Positions 1-50,104 of a stretch of 64,000 bases of DNA are shown piece by piece. Position numbers and translations under genes: made by a program. The notes under the pieces are model-generated. The model was not told where the DNA came from and did not search any database. It saw only the letters and a list, made by a program, of their open reading frames with translations. Origin of the DNA: Antedon mediterranea (taxonomy: Eukaryota; Animalia; Echinodermata); NCBI RefSeq assembly GCF_964355755.1, contig NC_092676.1, positions 27,484,871 through 27,548,870 on the forward strand. Direction: 5' to 3'. Position 1 is the first letter of the stretch; each line of letters begins with the position of its first letter.

Positions 1-2441
1 CCGCTAGATTCTGTTTACGAAATAAAGATTCGTTCAAATAAGAGGTTGGAATTACGAAGATGTTGTCCTTCTCCTACTTTAGTGGTCCTTCTATACTGTA
101 TCGACATTTCGCTTTTCAAATTATGAGAAATGGAGTTAACTGCCTAACAGTCCCAAGGTCACGGGTTTGAATCCTGTCTCATACCTCTATCATTTCTCTA
201 TCATTTTACTCACCACAAAAGCAAACACTTCCATAAATGGTACAACATAGGGTTAATTTGGATTTATTTCATGGATTAAATCTTTTCTTTCAACGATGCT
301 TTGAAGTCATTACCAACAAAATATTTGTTGATGCCATATTTTTTATTACAGCCAGTTTAGCATCCTAAGTAAAATTCAATCATTTTAATTGATTTTAAAG
401 TTAGACAGTTATAACAATCGTTGATTTTATGTTTAATCCCATGGTACAGAATTCAGTAAATCCTTTTGAACTGGATTATCCTGGATATTATGAACACCTA
501 TGATTAGCTTATGTCAATTATCGACAGTGAACTTTGTTATCTCGCCTTAGAATCCAGCTGTGTGGTAAATATACCCACTGTCATGTATAAATCAACATAT
601 TATTAATTAAAATGATTGTCTATTCCTCCTGCATAGTGTCTATAGCACCTGCGATGCTCGATATCAAATCAATCTGAGGCCGAAACATATTTTGTGCCAA
701 TGTTTAAATTAATTTTTATTTCAACCTTTGGCAACAAATACAAACAAACATTAATTATAATTGATGTCAATTCTGCATTGTGTACACGTAACAAACAAAA
801 AAAAACTTTAAAAAAATGTATGTGGCTTTTAATCAGTCATTAGCGAAATTTTTTTTGCATAGTATGACAATTATTATTAAATTCAAATTGTAAAAAAAAA
901 ATGTAGGCTGTTTGTTGTTGATGACTCTTCTCTAGTTTAATACAATGATTTGATAAAAACACAACAATAGGTTTGAACTTCAGAAACTGTTATTAACCCT
1001 GAATCAGTTTCCGTTGGCAATTGATAGCACGTCGTCCAGAGGAAAGATTCACTTTATAACGCCTGCCGGATTAGAGTTCAAAGGAAGAACTAATACTTCT
1101 TTGCATCTTGTGTGAAGTCAGTTTGCTTCTTAACATCTTGTGTGAAGTCAGTTTACTTCTTAGCATCTGTCATCTAGATCAAGAGATCTGTTTATATTTT
1201 TAATTGGTGATGAAATGTTTATTATAGCAATTACAATTTATAAATCAATTGTTTAAATCTAGTAACAATACAGTTGATATCAAGTACTATGATTTATTGA
1301 GGATTTATTACTAAAAAATTAACAATTTGAAACTGTTTAATATTATTATTTTATCTATTTTGAAATTACAGTCTATAGAGCATGTTTAATTACAATAAAT
1401 CCTGTATACAGTATTTTGAAAACAAAATTTCAAACAATTTTTGGTGGACTGTATAAATATATAAATTAGCCTATCCTCATAGATTTTAAATGTACTGTAA
1501 TGTATTACAAATAATTTGCATCATAACCAGTTGTGACATTAAACCATTTAAAAGGTCACTGAAATGTCATTCATTCTTTATAATAACATATGATGGGTGT
1601 CTGTTGAATTATGTTTCAAACATGTGGTGGTTGGAAAAACAGTGAAGTGTGGCTGCCTTGCTTCTTGTATGACAGACTTCCCTAATTGCTCACACTTTGA
1701 TAAACAATAACATAGATGAAAAACATTGATGAAAAGAGTTTATTCCAATACAGTTTATGGAAAAAACATAGACCAAATTGTCATTAACAATTGAGACAAT
1801 AATATTATAGGAAAACATTGATGAGAAGAAGAATTTTTTTTACCAATTTATTCCGATACAGTTTATGGAATAAAAATAGGAAACATTTTCATTAACAATT
1901 GAGTCGGCAACTATTTGAATTTGGGGTAGAAAACATAGTTTTGTACTGCGTTTTAGGCTAATATTACTTTTATGAATGTGTAGAAAAAATGTACCATAGT
2001 TTTGTGTAGCATTTGGCTATGCTTGCTACACTGGCAGAAATTTTCTCTAAAAATAGAAATGAAGTTTAATACTGTATACAGTAGATGATTGCATATTAGT
2101 TCGAAATCTGTTTTTATAATTTGTACAATTTATTGCCAGATGAAGATTCGTTGATAACAAGTCGAAACATAGCACACATACATATTTATTACTGGTTTGA
2201 CGTAAAGAATTGTATGCATATTAGTTATTAAATGGTAGAATACCAGTATGAAAATTGAAATTATGTTAATTAGTATTTAAACATTAATATTGCAACATCC
2301 CAGCTCTCAGTATATTATTTATAAACAAGCTAACTGTATGTTGACGCAATAAAGGACATGTAGTTCACGTCAGAATTTACCATTTCTGTTAAACCCAAAC
2401 TGAAAACACAATGTCTAATAACGTTTATTTTTTATTTTCAG

Positions 2442-38085
<35,644 letters not shown>

Positions 38086-39864
38086 AGAGTGCGAGATAAT
38101 GAGAATTTTTCTAAATGTTAAATGATTTGTTTTGTATTAATTTGCACCAAATTGCAATAAAAGAATTATATATAATTTTCAGTTAAAAAGTAATAAATGT
38201 AATAGAGGAATATAATTTGTACAAATTTGAAATATGTGTAGTACAGTAGCAACTTGATGTTTATAAATGCTTGGTTTTTGTTTAAAATGAAAAAAAAATG
38301 CAATTCAGAGTTAACTTTATAGATAGAACTTAGCATGATTTTTGTTTTTGTAATTAAAATTTTAAACTTTCTCCCAATTTTTTGGATGGGAATTTTTAAA
38401 CCAAAGACTAAATGGCAGTTGGCAATATTATAACTATTCTACAGTGTATGTAAACAAAAACTTCTAAAAAATATTCAAACAAAGTTTAAGGTGGTTGAAC
38501 AGGAAGAAAGAATTAATATAATAGTCAAGAGATAAATTTTAGAATTATTATATATTATGAAATTATTGCCCCATCACTTGAACTTTATAATAAAAACAAA
38601 ACACATACAAAATAATTTTGTTTGGTAAAGATTTATAAAAGTATCGTAATAAATGGATTAATTACAATATGTAATAATTGTCTTGGTGTGCTAAAAAATT
38701 GATTTGATAAATTAGTATTAAAAAATAAATAAAAGATAAATTTACGACTATGATGTTGTATGGCTGAAAATAGTTTACATTTATGATTAATAAAAAATAT
38801 ACAGATGTAATGATTATTTGCCAAACTGTGTGTTTGGTGTGTAAGGTTTCTGCTGCTATAGAAAATGGACAATTCTAACATCCAATAGACTTCTATGTTG
38901 ATATTTTGAAAACAGATGTATTACAATTTTTCTATTTAGTATTTAATATTGGACACATTTTTGTTTGTGTAATATTTACAAAGGACCAAATGCATTATGA
39001 CATTATTAAAATACTGTATTTGTATTTTTTTGTGTGGGACATATTTATTACATTTTTGCAGAATATATTTATAAAGTTCTAATAAGCAAAAGTTTACTGG
39101 AATAAACATAATTAATATCCAATTCGATCTCCAGCAAGGTAAAAACTTTGTTGTATACAACTGAATACTGAAAATGTTTATGAATATGAAATTAAATATA
39201 TGTAGAAATTTATATAAATTAACGAAATTAGGTAATGCAAAATTAATAATGAAAGTAATTGTGTCATGTGACCGGCTGTTGTAGCATTATTTTTGTAACA
39301 ATATTCATGCCATTTGAATAAGCCACAAGAATGTTGCAGTTTTAAGATAAATAAGTACGGATTTATGAAAACGATTTATTTGTCCCCCCAGAGAAGCACA
39401 GCAGCAGGCAGGGTATTGTTTTTGACAGTTTTGCTTATTTTCTTTTTCTAAATATAATAAGTATTAAGGTTTACTCTAAGTTAGGGGCAATATTAAAATA
39501 TTTGTTTACCAACAATTCGTTAATTTTGTATATATTGTAGTTTATTTAAGGAATTGTACGAGACATGATTAACAAGAATTATAAATATTTATTTGTTATA
39601 TGTACGTCAGGATTATTTTTTCCACCATTCTAATACCTCAGTTGATTTCTTATGTATTTCTACAGAATGGAAATGGGCATGCAAACAGTTGCCTAGCATG
39701 TTTCGTTAATAAAACGCTACAACAAAAAGTTCTTATTGTATCCTGTTTATTGTATCACATTTCATCTCTTTCCTATCGTTAAAATTATAAATAAATGTTG
39801 CTGTTTCCTTCTTTAAACCCTGACAAAAAGATTTTTCCATTCACTTTATTGATGATCCAGAACT

Positions 39865-42800
39865 TTACACAGCATATTGTATAGCTTTCTCCTCCTGAAA
39901 AAAAAATAATGGAACAGTCTAAAGTTGTACACACCTGACTGTATGCAAATTAGGTACAGTAGCAGTTGCTGCTTGTTCAATTCTGATTGTCCACCCACAA
40001 GTTAAATGTGCAGACTGTAGGCCTAGGAGTTCTAGGCCTAGCCATGGAATATTATAGTGCAAGATGGTCAAGAATAAGCCAATTCATGGTAAGTAATCAG
40101 TTATTTCCTTCTGTTAACCAATACAGGATTGTTGTATCTAAAGAATAATAGGTAGATTAAAAACCACAGATTTTAGGTACCTTTAGTGCGAGTTGAAGCT
40201 GACGCAGGGCATCCTCATACTGTTGTTCAAGTGACTCTAGGTGTTGTCGTCTTACTCGGTGAGGCTTTATGTCCATCTTACCAACATTTGATAGCATACT
40301 TTTAAATTTGGTAGCCTAGGTTATAAAATAAACATGTATAGTAATTGAAACAGAGTCTTTTTGGTAGCCTAGGTATAAACAAGTATAACCATTGATACAG
40401 AGGCATATGTACATAGCAAAGCCTTTAACACACCCCATTTGTAAGTCCTATTCAGGCCTACCTCTGACTTTTGAACCAGTGAGAACGCTATCCCAGCTCT
40501 GCCAGCACGAGCTGTTCTACCGACACGATGGATGTATGTTTTGATAAACGGAGGCACATCATACGAGATCACGCATCGAACATTCTCGACATCCATTCCA
40601 CGGGCCATGGCATCTGATGCTATCAGGCTGTTTGAAAATGTGTGCAAATCTTTTTATACTATGTTTTATGCAAAATGTTTTTTCTAATCATTTTTACTAC
40701 CACCAACATTATACTATAAAGCTGGGTTCTCAAAAACAAACAAAAGGCTTTGAAATTTAATCATTCAATCTTTTATTTCGGGATCTCTGGTCCATAGAAA
40801 GTAAAATTACATTTAATGAATTAAAAATAATAGTAATTATGGAATTAAATTGAAAGAAAGTATATATAGAAAGTATACATAGAAAGTATATATAGAATAT
40901 CTAGAGGAAAACAGGATTTTCTTGTTCAGACCATTGCATAATACAAACCACATACATCTGAATTTTGCCAGCTTTAAATTTCTTTAGGATTTCTGCTCTC
41001 CTTTTCTTAGATAATAATGAAGAGAATTCTTCAACGTTGATACTACCAATAGCCTTTATAAGGAGGTATAACCTTAGGGGAAGAAAATATTTTGATTACT
41101 AGGGATATGTTGTGCGCTGAATAGCATCCACTACATTGTTGTACTTAATATTTTAGAGTACACAATTATAGCATTTAAAACAAAATTTAAATCCAAATTT
41201 TTCAATTTGCTACGGACATTGCCATGAGAAATTTTGTTTAGAATTGAACCCAGGAAATTGGTATTATAAGTCAAACATGACCCGCCAAGCTACAGTGCCA
41301 CTTTTTCTTACCTATGAGTTTCTTCTATGGTATTTGTAAAGCACAGCACATTATTGAAACATAGGTTTATTATCAGGTGTAACACCATCAATGGTTTCTC
41401 ACCTGCTGTACAGTTTATCATGAACTCCTTTAAAATAGAACAAAAATGTTGTATGTATTATTAGTTCGCACTGGAACTATCCATTTTCATGTAAAGGGGT
41501 GTCCATTTTGAATAATGTCATATGTTTGCTAATAATATGTAGGTTTGAATACATTTTCATGTTGAGGGGGTGTCCATTTTGAACAATGTCATATGTTTGT
41601 TAATAATAAATAGGTTTTAATGTGACATCACTTGTATAAATACTTACTGTTAGTTCTACTGGAGTAGTGAATTTTCCAACAAACTCTCCTTTGTTGTCAT
41701 GGCTTGCATCGCTTGTTTTTATGACAGATGTCAAAAGTTCAGGATGAAATAACTTTAGTTGTGTTAATTTCTCTGGATTTTGTGATAAAGTGGCAGAAAA
41801 TAACAATTTCTGAAGCTGAAATAAGTTTAGAAAAGTTACAAATATTTTCTAAAACTCTGTCTACACTATTAAACATTCAAACATTATGACATCATCATGT
41901 CCATATATGGACATCACATTTTATCGTCACATAAAGTTTGATAGTGTAAACAGAGCTTTAAAGCGTTAGTATAGTTTAGGCATCTATTTCATCTTGTTTT
42001 TCCTAGCCTTCACACTGGAGCTTGGAAACCAGATTCGAGAATAATCACATAAGATGGCGGATAAATATCGACTGAACGTGATTGCACGGTTTTATAGCAA
42101 CGAATTAGTATAGCTTTGCAAGATTGCAAGTAAAATTGTTCCTCAATATGGTCAATAGTATTTTTTTTTATTGGTGTCTAGGCAAACTTTTAATAGTTGT
42201 AGAAAGTAACTTTACTTACTGGGGGAAACCTTGATGATACACTGAAATAAACAAAACAATTGTATTTATATATTATAATATCAAACATATTTTTGATTAA
42301 ATATTTATAATAATAATAATGATAGCATATGCTATGCGAAAGAGATGGGTTTTCAGCAATTGTTTGAAGATGTCAATAGAGTTGGCATTCTTCATTGATT
42401 GTGGAAGAGTATTCCATAAGAAAAATACTGTAAATACTTTTGAGTATTATGCCATAAAGCTGTGATTAGATTGTAAAGACTACAAATGAAAATGAAATTT
42501 ACCTTGAAGGTGTGATGATGGCAGGTACTGGTCGGCACTCACCACCAGGGAATGCAGACTTCTCAACCTCTGCAATCCAACCCTTTGATATGTTATCCAT
42601 CATTCTATCTGCCTCATCAATCACCTATTAGTAAAAGAAGATGCAATAAGGAAAGAAATAGTTCCTTACAGTTGTAATTTTAAAGGGCCTACATTCCCCA
42701 GAATCCCCTTAACTTTTTTAGTAAGCTAGGGAGTACTTAGCATTAGCATATGGCGGTACACATACCAGAAAGCGCAGGTGCTGTAAGGTAAAGCCTTCAG

Positions 42801-45667
42801 TGAGGTTGATGTGGTCTACCAGCCTCCCTGGTGTTGCTACAACTATATCTACCAAGCTACAGAAACAGCCCTCTGACCTAAAGTAAAGATGATACAAATT
42901 ATAAAATGCTTATTGTTTACAGTAGCATTTCTATCGTAGTGATTTCAATATCGGGAAAATTGTTTTGTTTTCACCTTTGACGGACTAGTAGTTCTTGTTC
43001 CTTGGCAAATGGTTTTGAACCGGCGACAAGTGCTAGTTTGAGGGCAGTCTTTGTGCAATATGTTGAAAACACTGCGTAAACCTGGTCTGCTAATTCTTTT
43101 GTTGGTAAAACAATCAAGGCTCTAACTTGAGGTATAACACGGTCCAGTAAAGCCTATAATGGGTATAAAATGATTACATTTCAATTTCTATTTTGATCAA
43201 AAATAAGTTAGTGTTAGTGTTGCCCGAAAGCGCTGCTACTTTTTCTGGCTGTTTTACTTACAGATTTAGCTTTTTGCTTTTTTTATTTGTATCTCCATTG
43301 AGATCCAGCCACTGATACCCACCGCATTGTCATTTTTCATTGCTTATTTTATCTTTCATCTCCATTGAGATCCAGCCACTGATAACCACATCATCGTCAT
43401 TTTTTTCAGTAATTTGCTTTTGGATTTATATGTATGTATTACCTGTACAACTGGAACGACAAAAGCCAATGTTTTCCCGCTGCCTGTTGGGGCAGACACA
43501 CACACGTCTCTAGGTCTGTAACCCACATTACCAATGTGCAATCCTAACTTCAACGAGGCCAATACTGTAGGAATCACTTTACTCTGAACTAAACAAAAAT
43601 ACAACCACCAATGTAAATTAAAAAAACATAAATTATTGTTTTGATAAATATTGTTTGTTTTTTTAATTAAGGCAAATTTTATAAAAAGGCAAATTGCCAA
43701 AGATAACCATAAGCGAATTCATTCACTATCCTTCGTGGCAATCCTGTCCACAAGACAAACATTACACAAGATGCTATACATAAACAAAGTCTTTTGGAGT
43801 GAAGTCGTAAATTGTCATGAAAAAAATCCTGACATATGACCGGACTTGAACCCAGGACCTTTGGATTGGTAGCCAGGCATCATAACCACCAAGCCACTCC
43901 ACCTCATTACATACTCATGTAGGATAGTAATTTCATTTTGATTTCTGCCATAAATTAGCTTTGCCAATTACATCACTGTTTGATTTACATACACCCAGTC
44001 TCAAGTTAATACGTCCTCATTTGATGTTACCTGGGAAGAAATGAGTGATGTTATTCTCTTTCAGCATCGTTATGATACGTTGGTCAAGTCCTTTCATATC
44101 ACGTACATCAGTCTGGTTGTGTTTGATGTCGTGATCAACGATTGTTGGTTGTGCCAACCAATCGGGAAGAACTCGTTGAACCTATACGAACATAAATAGT
44201 GTCATTATGATTGAAATATTTATTTTGATTATTTCTTATGAATGCATTGCTAGTAAAATCCAGGATAATTATACATAAGCGCAACTGTCTGGGGATCAGT
44301 GGAGTAACGACTATGATGCTCACTGGCTAAACCCAGAGCTCTACCCAGAGTTGGAGGGCCCCTTAGGATTGCTAAACCAAGATATTTTGCTTTTTGAGTT
44401 ACGCCACTGCTGGGGATCCGACATTAGAATTAACTGATCAATAAGTGTATACCTTTTTCTTTTTCTTGTTTTCAACATCACCCAATACAGTAAACACATC
44501 TAAATCTTCATCTTTCTTTTCCACATCTTCTACATTCATGTCCTCCTCATCTTTGTCTTCCTCCATGGGACTATTAACATCTTCATCTTTAATGTCATCT
44601 TTCTCAGCTGTATCCTTTATCATTTTTACTTTCTGCTTTTTTATGTCCTGTTCATTATTTGATAATTCTAAATGATCACTTTCTTCTTCCTTTAACTTAT
44701 TTTTCTTTTGTTTCTTCTTAGTAACTTTGTAATCTGTTATGTCATTATTAGATTTAACATGTTGTCTTTTTTTTCTTTCTAAATCTTTGTCGGTCTTACT
44801 TTCTTTATCATCTTCATAAGATGAACTTGTCTTTTTGTTAACTTTATTTTTCGGTTTCTTTTTGATTGTTTTTGTTTGATCATTTGTACTATTTGTATTA
44901 TCGTTCAATGTTTTACTTTTTTCTGTTCTTGCTTTAATCCTTTGCTGCAAGTTTTCTAACAAAGCTTGTTGATGTGATTTATTATCTGCAACACTGTCAC
45001 CTTGAAATCTGGTTTAAAACAAATTAATTTACATTGAATTAAAAATATTGATTGTTGTAGTTTATACATAAAAAAATGATTACAAAGCTTATTTTGATCT
45101 CACTAAATGTACCTGGTAATTAATATTCATTTTCTAACAGAAATAATTAAAATCCATTATATATTGTTATTGTTAATAAAATAATAACAATTAGGACATT
45201 GTAAATCAGTAACGCGTTACAATTCATGGTTGACGTAAATGACTTATTTTGGAGTTGCACGTGTGGAGCAGTGAAAAAGAGTATCCAGTAGGCTAGTAAA
45301 ATCACTAATTTGACAGTATTATAAACAATTCATAAACAGATACTAGGCCTAGCCTAAATTTCAGAATGATATTAAACATGATGCTAGCATGTAATATTTG
45401 ATAGCATAACATCCTACCGAGCACTACCCGGCTTACATATACCTAAGCCTAGTATCAGATCAGTCGTCGCCCCACACTGTCTGTGACTTGCTCAAGTGCT
45501 GTCTAATAGCCTCTAGCTAGTAGAGTAGGCTCGCTGGCTAGGCCTAGCTAGCTAAAGATTAGTTTAAGACGTTTATGACGTATCAAAGTCATCTAAATGT
45601 CGATCTTACATATTCTAAATATTATCACAATTTAACCCACACACCTTTTTATAGTAAACAACGACAT
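39865..45667 (-). CDS. DDX51: ATP-dependent DEAD-box RNA helicase DDX51 (Dbp6-like)
   Basis: Minus-strand exons: 45645-45667 (MSLFTIKR), 44453-45008, 44031-44181, 43443-43588 ([14 protein letters not shown]), 42975-43153 (PTKELA), 42766-42877 (ATPGRLVDH), 42503-42624 (VIDEADR), 42220-42241, 41648-41815 (LFSATL), 41312-41427, 40956-41072, 40462-40627 ([15 protein letters not shown]), 40181-40315, 39865-39894 (TAA). AATAAA on the minus strand at 39845-39850. Confidence 0.93.
43215..43430 (+). mobile_element. Penelope-like fragment, truncated within the hammerhead, with an internal duplication
   Basis: tagtgttgcccgaaagcgctgcta.. matches 15603 onward; ccattgagatccagccactgata occurs twice. Confidence 0.6.
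43836..43900 (-). mobile_element. tRNA-derived SINE-like fragment
   Basis: The minus strand reads gtggcttggtggtt..cctgggttcaagtcc (A/B boxes). Similar relics occur near 160, 2700, 13040 and 41245. Confidence 0.5.
44297..44409. mobile_element. 113-bp hAT MITE in DDX51 intron 2
   Basis: TIRs CAGTGGAGTAAC / GTTACGCCACTG with a perfect 8-bp TSD CTGGGGAT (44289-44296 and 44410-44417). Confidence 0.88.
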
Positions 45668-45997
45668 GTTTGCTTTAAATTAACATAAACAACAGTTACA
45701 AAATACTCAACGAGGTAAACGAGCTATATTGTGTAGTCGTTTATTGATAACTGAGAGCTATCAGTGTGTATAATCCTCGTACATAATTGTTTCTTAGTTG
45801 TAATAAAGAACACATTATTATAATATCAAGCATGTTATTATGATATACAAATTTATAGGTATCAATACTGATATTTTTACTTTAAAAAATTTTAATAAGT
45901 TTTTTAATAACACAGAAACAACATTCTTAATTTAACAAATGATATGTAGTACTACTAAATCAATGTCTAATTGCATAAGGACTATGTGTACAGTATT

Positions 45998-48900
45998 ATG
46001 ATCAGTGTAGTTAAAATTTGATAACTGAGCACGCATCTCACATCTACCTCATCAATAATTATTATTAATAATCTATATCACGTTGTTGAATATGATGAGT
46101 GTAGTCATAATTTGATAACTGAGCACGCATCTTTTAGAATCTACGTCATCAATTTTAATATTAATATTATATATCACATTGTTGGATATGATCAGTGTAG
46201 TCATAATTTGATAACTGAGCACGTATCTTTTAATATCTACATCATCAATAATTATTATTAATAATCTATATCACATTGTTGGATATGATCAGTGTAGTCG
46301 TCATTTGATAACTGAGCACGCATCTTTAAATATCTACCGCATCAAAATTAATATAAATAATCTATATCACATTGTTGGATATGATCAGTGTAGTCGTAAT
46401 TTGATAACTGAGCACGCATCTTTAAATATCTACCTCATTAATAATTTATATTAATATCATATATCACATTGTTGGATATGATCAGTGTAGTCAGAATTTG
46501 ATAACTGAGCACGTATCTTTTAATATCTACCTTAATAATAATTTATATTAATATCATATATCACATTGTTGGATATGATCAGTGTAGTCGTAATTTGATA
46601 ACTGAGCACGCATCTTTAAATATCTACCTCATTAATAATTTATATTAATATCATATATCACATTGTTGGATATGATCAGTGTAGTCAGAATTTGATAACG
46701 GAGCACGCATCTTTCAATATCTACCGCATCAATTAATAATCTACATACACATTGTTGGATATGATCAGTGTAGTCAGAATTTGATAACTGAGCACGCATC
46801 TTTCAATATCTACCTCATTAATAATTTATATTAATATCATATATCACATTGTTGGATATGATCAGTGTAGTCAGAATTTGATAACTGAGCACGCATCTTT
46901 TAATATCTACCTCATTAATAATTTATATTAATATCATATATCACATTGTTGGATATGATCAGTGTAGTCAGAATTTGATAACTGAGCACGCATCTTTCAA
47001 TATCTACCTCATTAATAATTTATATTAATATCATATATCACATTGTTGGATATGATCAGTGTAGTCAGAATTTGATAACTGAGCACGCATCTTTTAATAT
47101 CTACCTCATTAATAATTTATATTAATATCATATATCACATTGTTGGATATGATCAGTGTAGTCAGAATTTGATAACTGAGCACGCATCTTTTAATATCTA
47201 CGTCATCAATAATTTATATTAATATCATATATCACATTGTTGGATATGATCAGTGTAGTCGTCATTTGATAACTGATCACGTATCTTTCAATATCTACCA
47301 CATCATTAATTAATATTAATATTATATATCACATTGTTGGATATGATCAGTGTAGTCATAATTTGATAACTGATCACGTATTTTTTAATATCTACCTCAA
47401 TAATAATTTATATTAATATCATATATCACATTGTTGGATATGATCAGTGTAGTCAGAATTTGATAACTGAGCACACATCTTTCAATATCTACCGCATCAA
47501 TAATTCATATTAATATCATATATCACATTGTTGGATATGATCAGTGTAGTCGTCATTTGATAACTGATCACGTATCTGTCAATATCTACCTCATTAATAA
47601 TTTATATTAATATCATATATCACATTGTTGGATATGATCAGTGTAGTCAGAATTTGATAACTGAGCACGCATCTTTCAATATCTACCTCAATAATAATTT
47701 ATATTAATATCATATATCACATTGTTGGATATGATCAGTGTAGTCGTAATTTGATAACTGAGCACGCATCTTTAAATATCTACCTCATTAATAATTTATA
47801 TTAATATCATATATCACATTGTTGAATATGATCAGTGTAGTCATAATTTGATAACTGAGGACGTATCTTTCAATATCTACCTCATTACGAATTATTATTA
47901 ATATCCTATATCACATTGTTGAATATGATGAGTGCAGTAATAATTTGATAACTGAGCACGCATCTTTCAATATCTACCTCAATAATAATTTATATTAATA
48001 TCATATATCACATTGTTGGATATGATCAGTGTAGTCAGAATTTGATAACTGAGCACGCATCTTTAAATATCTACCGCATCAATTAATAATCTACATACAC
48101 ATTGTTGGATATGATCAGTGTAGTCGTAATTTGATAACTGAGCACGCATCTTTAAATATCTACCTCATTAATAATTTATATTAATATCATATATCACATT
48201 GTTGGATATGATCAGTGTAGTCAGAATTTGATAACTGAGCACATATCTTTTAATATCTACCTCAATAATAATTTATATTAATATCATATATCACATTGTT
48301 GGATATGATCAGTGTAGTCAGAATTTGATAACTGAGCACGCATCTTTCAATATCTACCTCATTAATAATTTATATTAATATCATATATCACATTGTTGGA
48401 TATGATCAGTGTAGTCAGAATTTGATAACTGAGCACGCATCTTTTAATATCTACCTCATTAATAATTTATATTAATATCATATATATCATTGTTGGATAT
48501 GATCAGTGTAGTCAGAATTTGATAACTGAGCACGCATCTTTTAATATCTACGTCATCAATAATTTATATTAATATCATATATCACATTGTTGGATATGAT
48601 CAGTGTAGTCGTCATTTGATAACTGATCACGTATCTTTCAATATCTACCTCATCATTAATTAATATTAATATCATATATCACATTGTTGGATATGATCAG
48701 TGTAGTCATAATTTGATAACTGAGCACGTATTTTTTAATATCTACCTCAATAATAATTTATACTAATATCATATATCACATTGTTGGATATGATCTGTGT
48801 AGTCAGAATTTGATAACTGAGCACGCATCTTTTAATATCTACCACATCATTAATTAATATTAATAATCTATATCACAGTGTTGGATATGATCAGTGTAGT

Positions 48901-49370
48901 CAGAATTTGATAACTGATCACGTATCTTTCAATATCTACCTCATTAATAATTTATATTAATATCATATATCACATTGTTGGATATGATCAGTGTAGTCAG
49001 AATTTGATAACTGAGCACGCATCTTTCAATATCTACCGCATCAATAATTCATATTAATATCATATATCACATTGTTGGATATGATCAGTGTAGTCGTCAT
49101 TTGATAACTGAGCACGCATCTTTAAATATCTATTTCATCAATAATTATTATTAATGTCTTATATCACATTGTTGGATATGATCAGTGTAGTCATAATTTG
49201 ATAACTGAGCACGCATCTTTAAATATCTACCTCATCAAAAATTATTATTAATAATCTATATCACATTGTTGGATATGATCTGTGTATTCATAAATTGATT
49301 TAACGCATCTTTTATTATCTACCTAATCAATAATAATTATTAATACTTAATGTTGGATATGATCTGTGTG
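45998..49370 (+). repeat. 97-bp tandem satellite, ~35 copies (left arm)
   Basis: Unit tatcacattgttggatatgatcagtgtagtc..tttgataactgagcacgcatct..; the same word recurs at 46381, 46478 and 46575. Confidence 0.95.
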
Positions 49371-50104
49371 ATTTTGTTAGATTTACTGTATACAAGAGAT
49401 CGAGTCGATGGGTTTTGAAAATGTGTTATTCTTTTGTTCCTAATCACCCTATTGATTTGTATCCGTTTGCTGTTTAAATTTATACTTTTAAGAACGCATC
49501 GTTTATGATGAACGTGTGCCGTTGTAAAAATAAAAATATTCCATATCTTTTTATGTTTGATATGTATTGTAGAGGCCATCATGAGACATGCTTTGGCTTC
49601 TATTGAGGGTCCCAGTTCTTCTTAACAGAATAAATGTGCAGTGAATGAATTATTTGATAAATGAGGACGTGTGTTTTAACATCGATCTATACAGACCGTA
49701 ATACTCTTCCAGAAATGATATGTTGCTATAATAGGCCTATGACCAATTTCCATTACATTAATAATTCAATTAAGATTGGAAATGTGTCAGAAATACTAAA
49801 GAAATCCAGTAATCTTATTGATTAATAATTATTTATACCACTTCTGATGAACGAACAGAAAACTAAACTTGCAGCCAATCAAAAAGCTGCTGTACTGTAT
49901 AAGTAGGGAATTTTAAGTAGGAGTTGTTTTAAATGTCATTGGTCTCGGCTAATCAGTTATTGCCATTTGACTATGATAGGCATCCTTTATTACCTATAAC
50001 CAGGGAAGAGTTAAATTTAACTCTTCCCTGCTATAACTATGGGTAGACCAAACAATAATAAAATATAATGACTTCCTTCACTTTTTACAACCTAGTTCGT
50101 GTTT

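Noticed and set aside
45998-49370. CRISPR-like array (conserved block alternating with more variable AT-rich stretches)
   Set aside because: The 'spacers' are homologous to each other, the context is eukaryotic and there are no cas genes; it is a tandem satellite.
49340-49630. Transposase remnant in the foldback element
   Set aside because: The short ORF has no recognisable DDE or zinc-finger motif, and the other frame examined has many stops.
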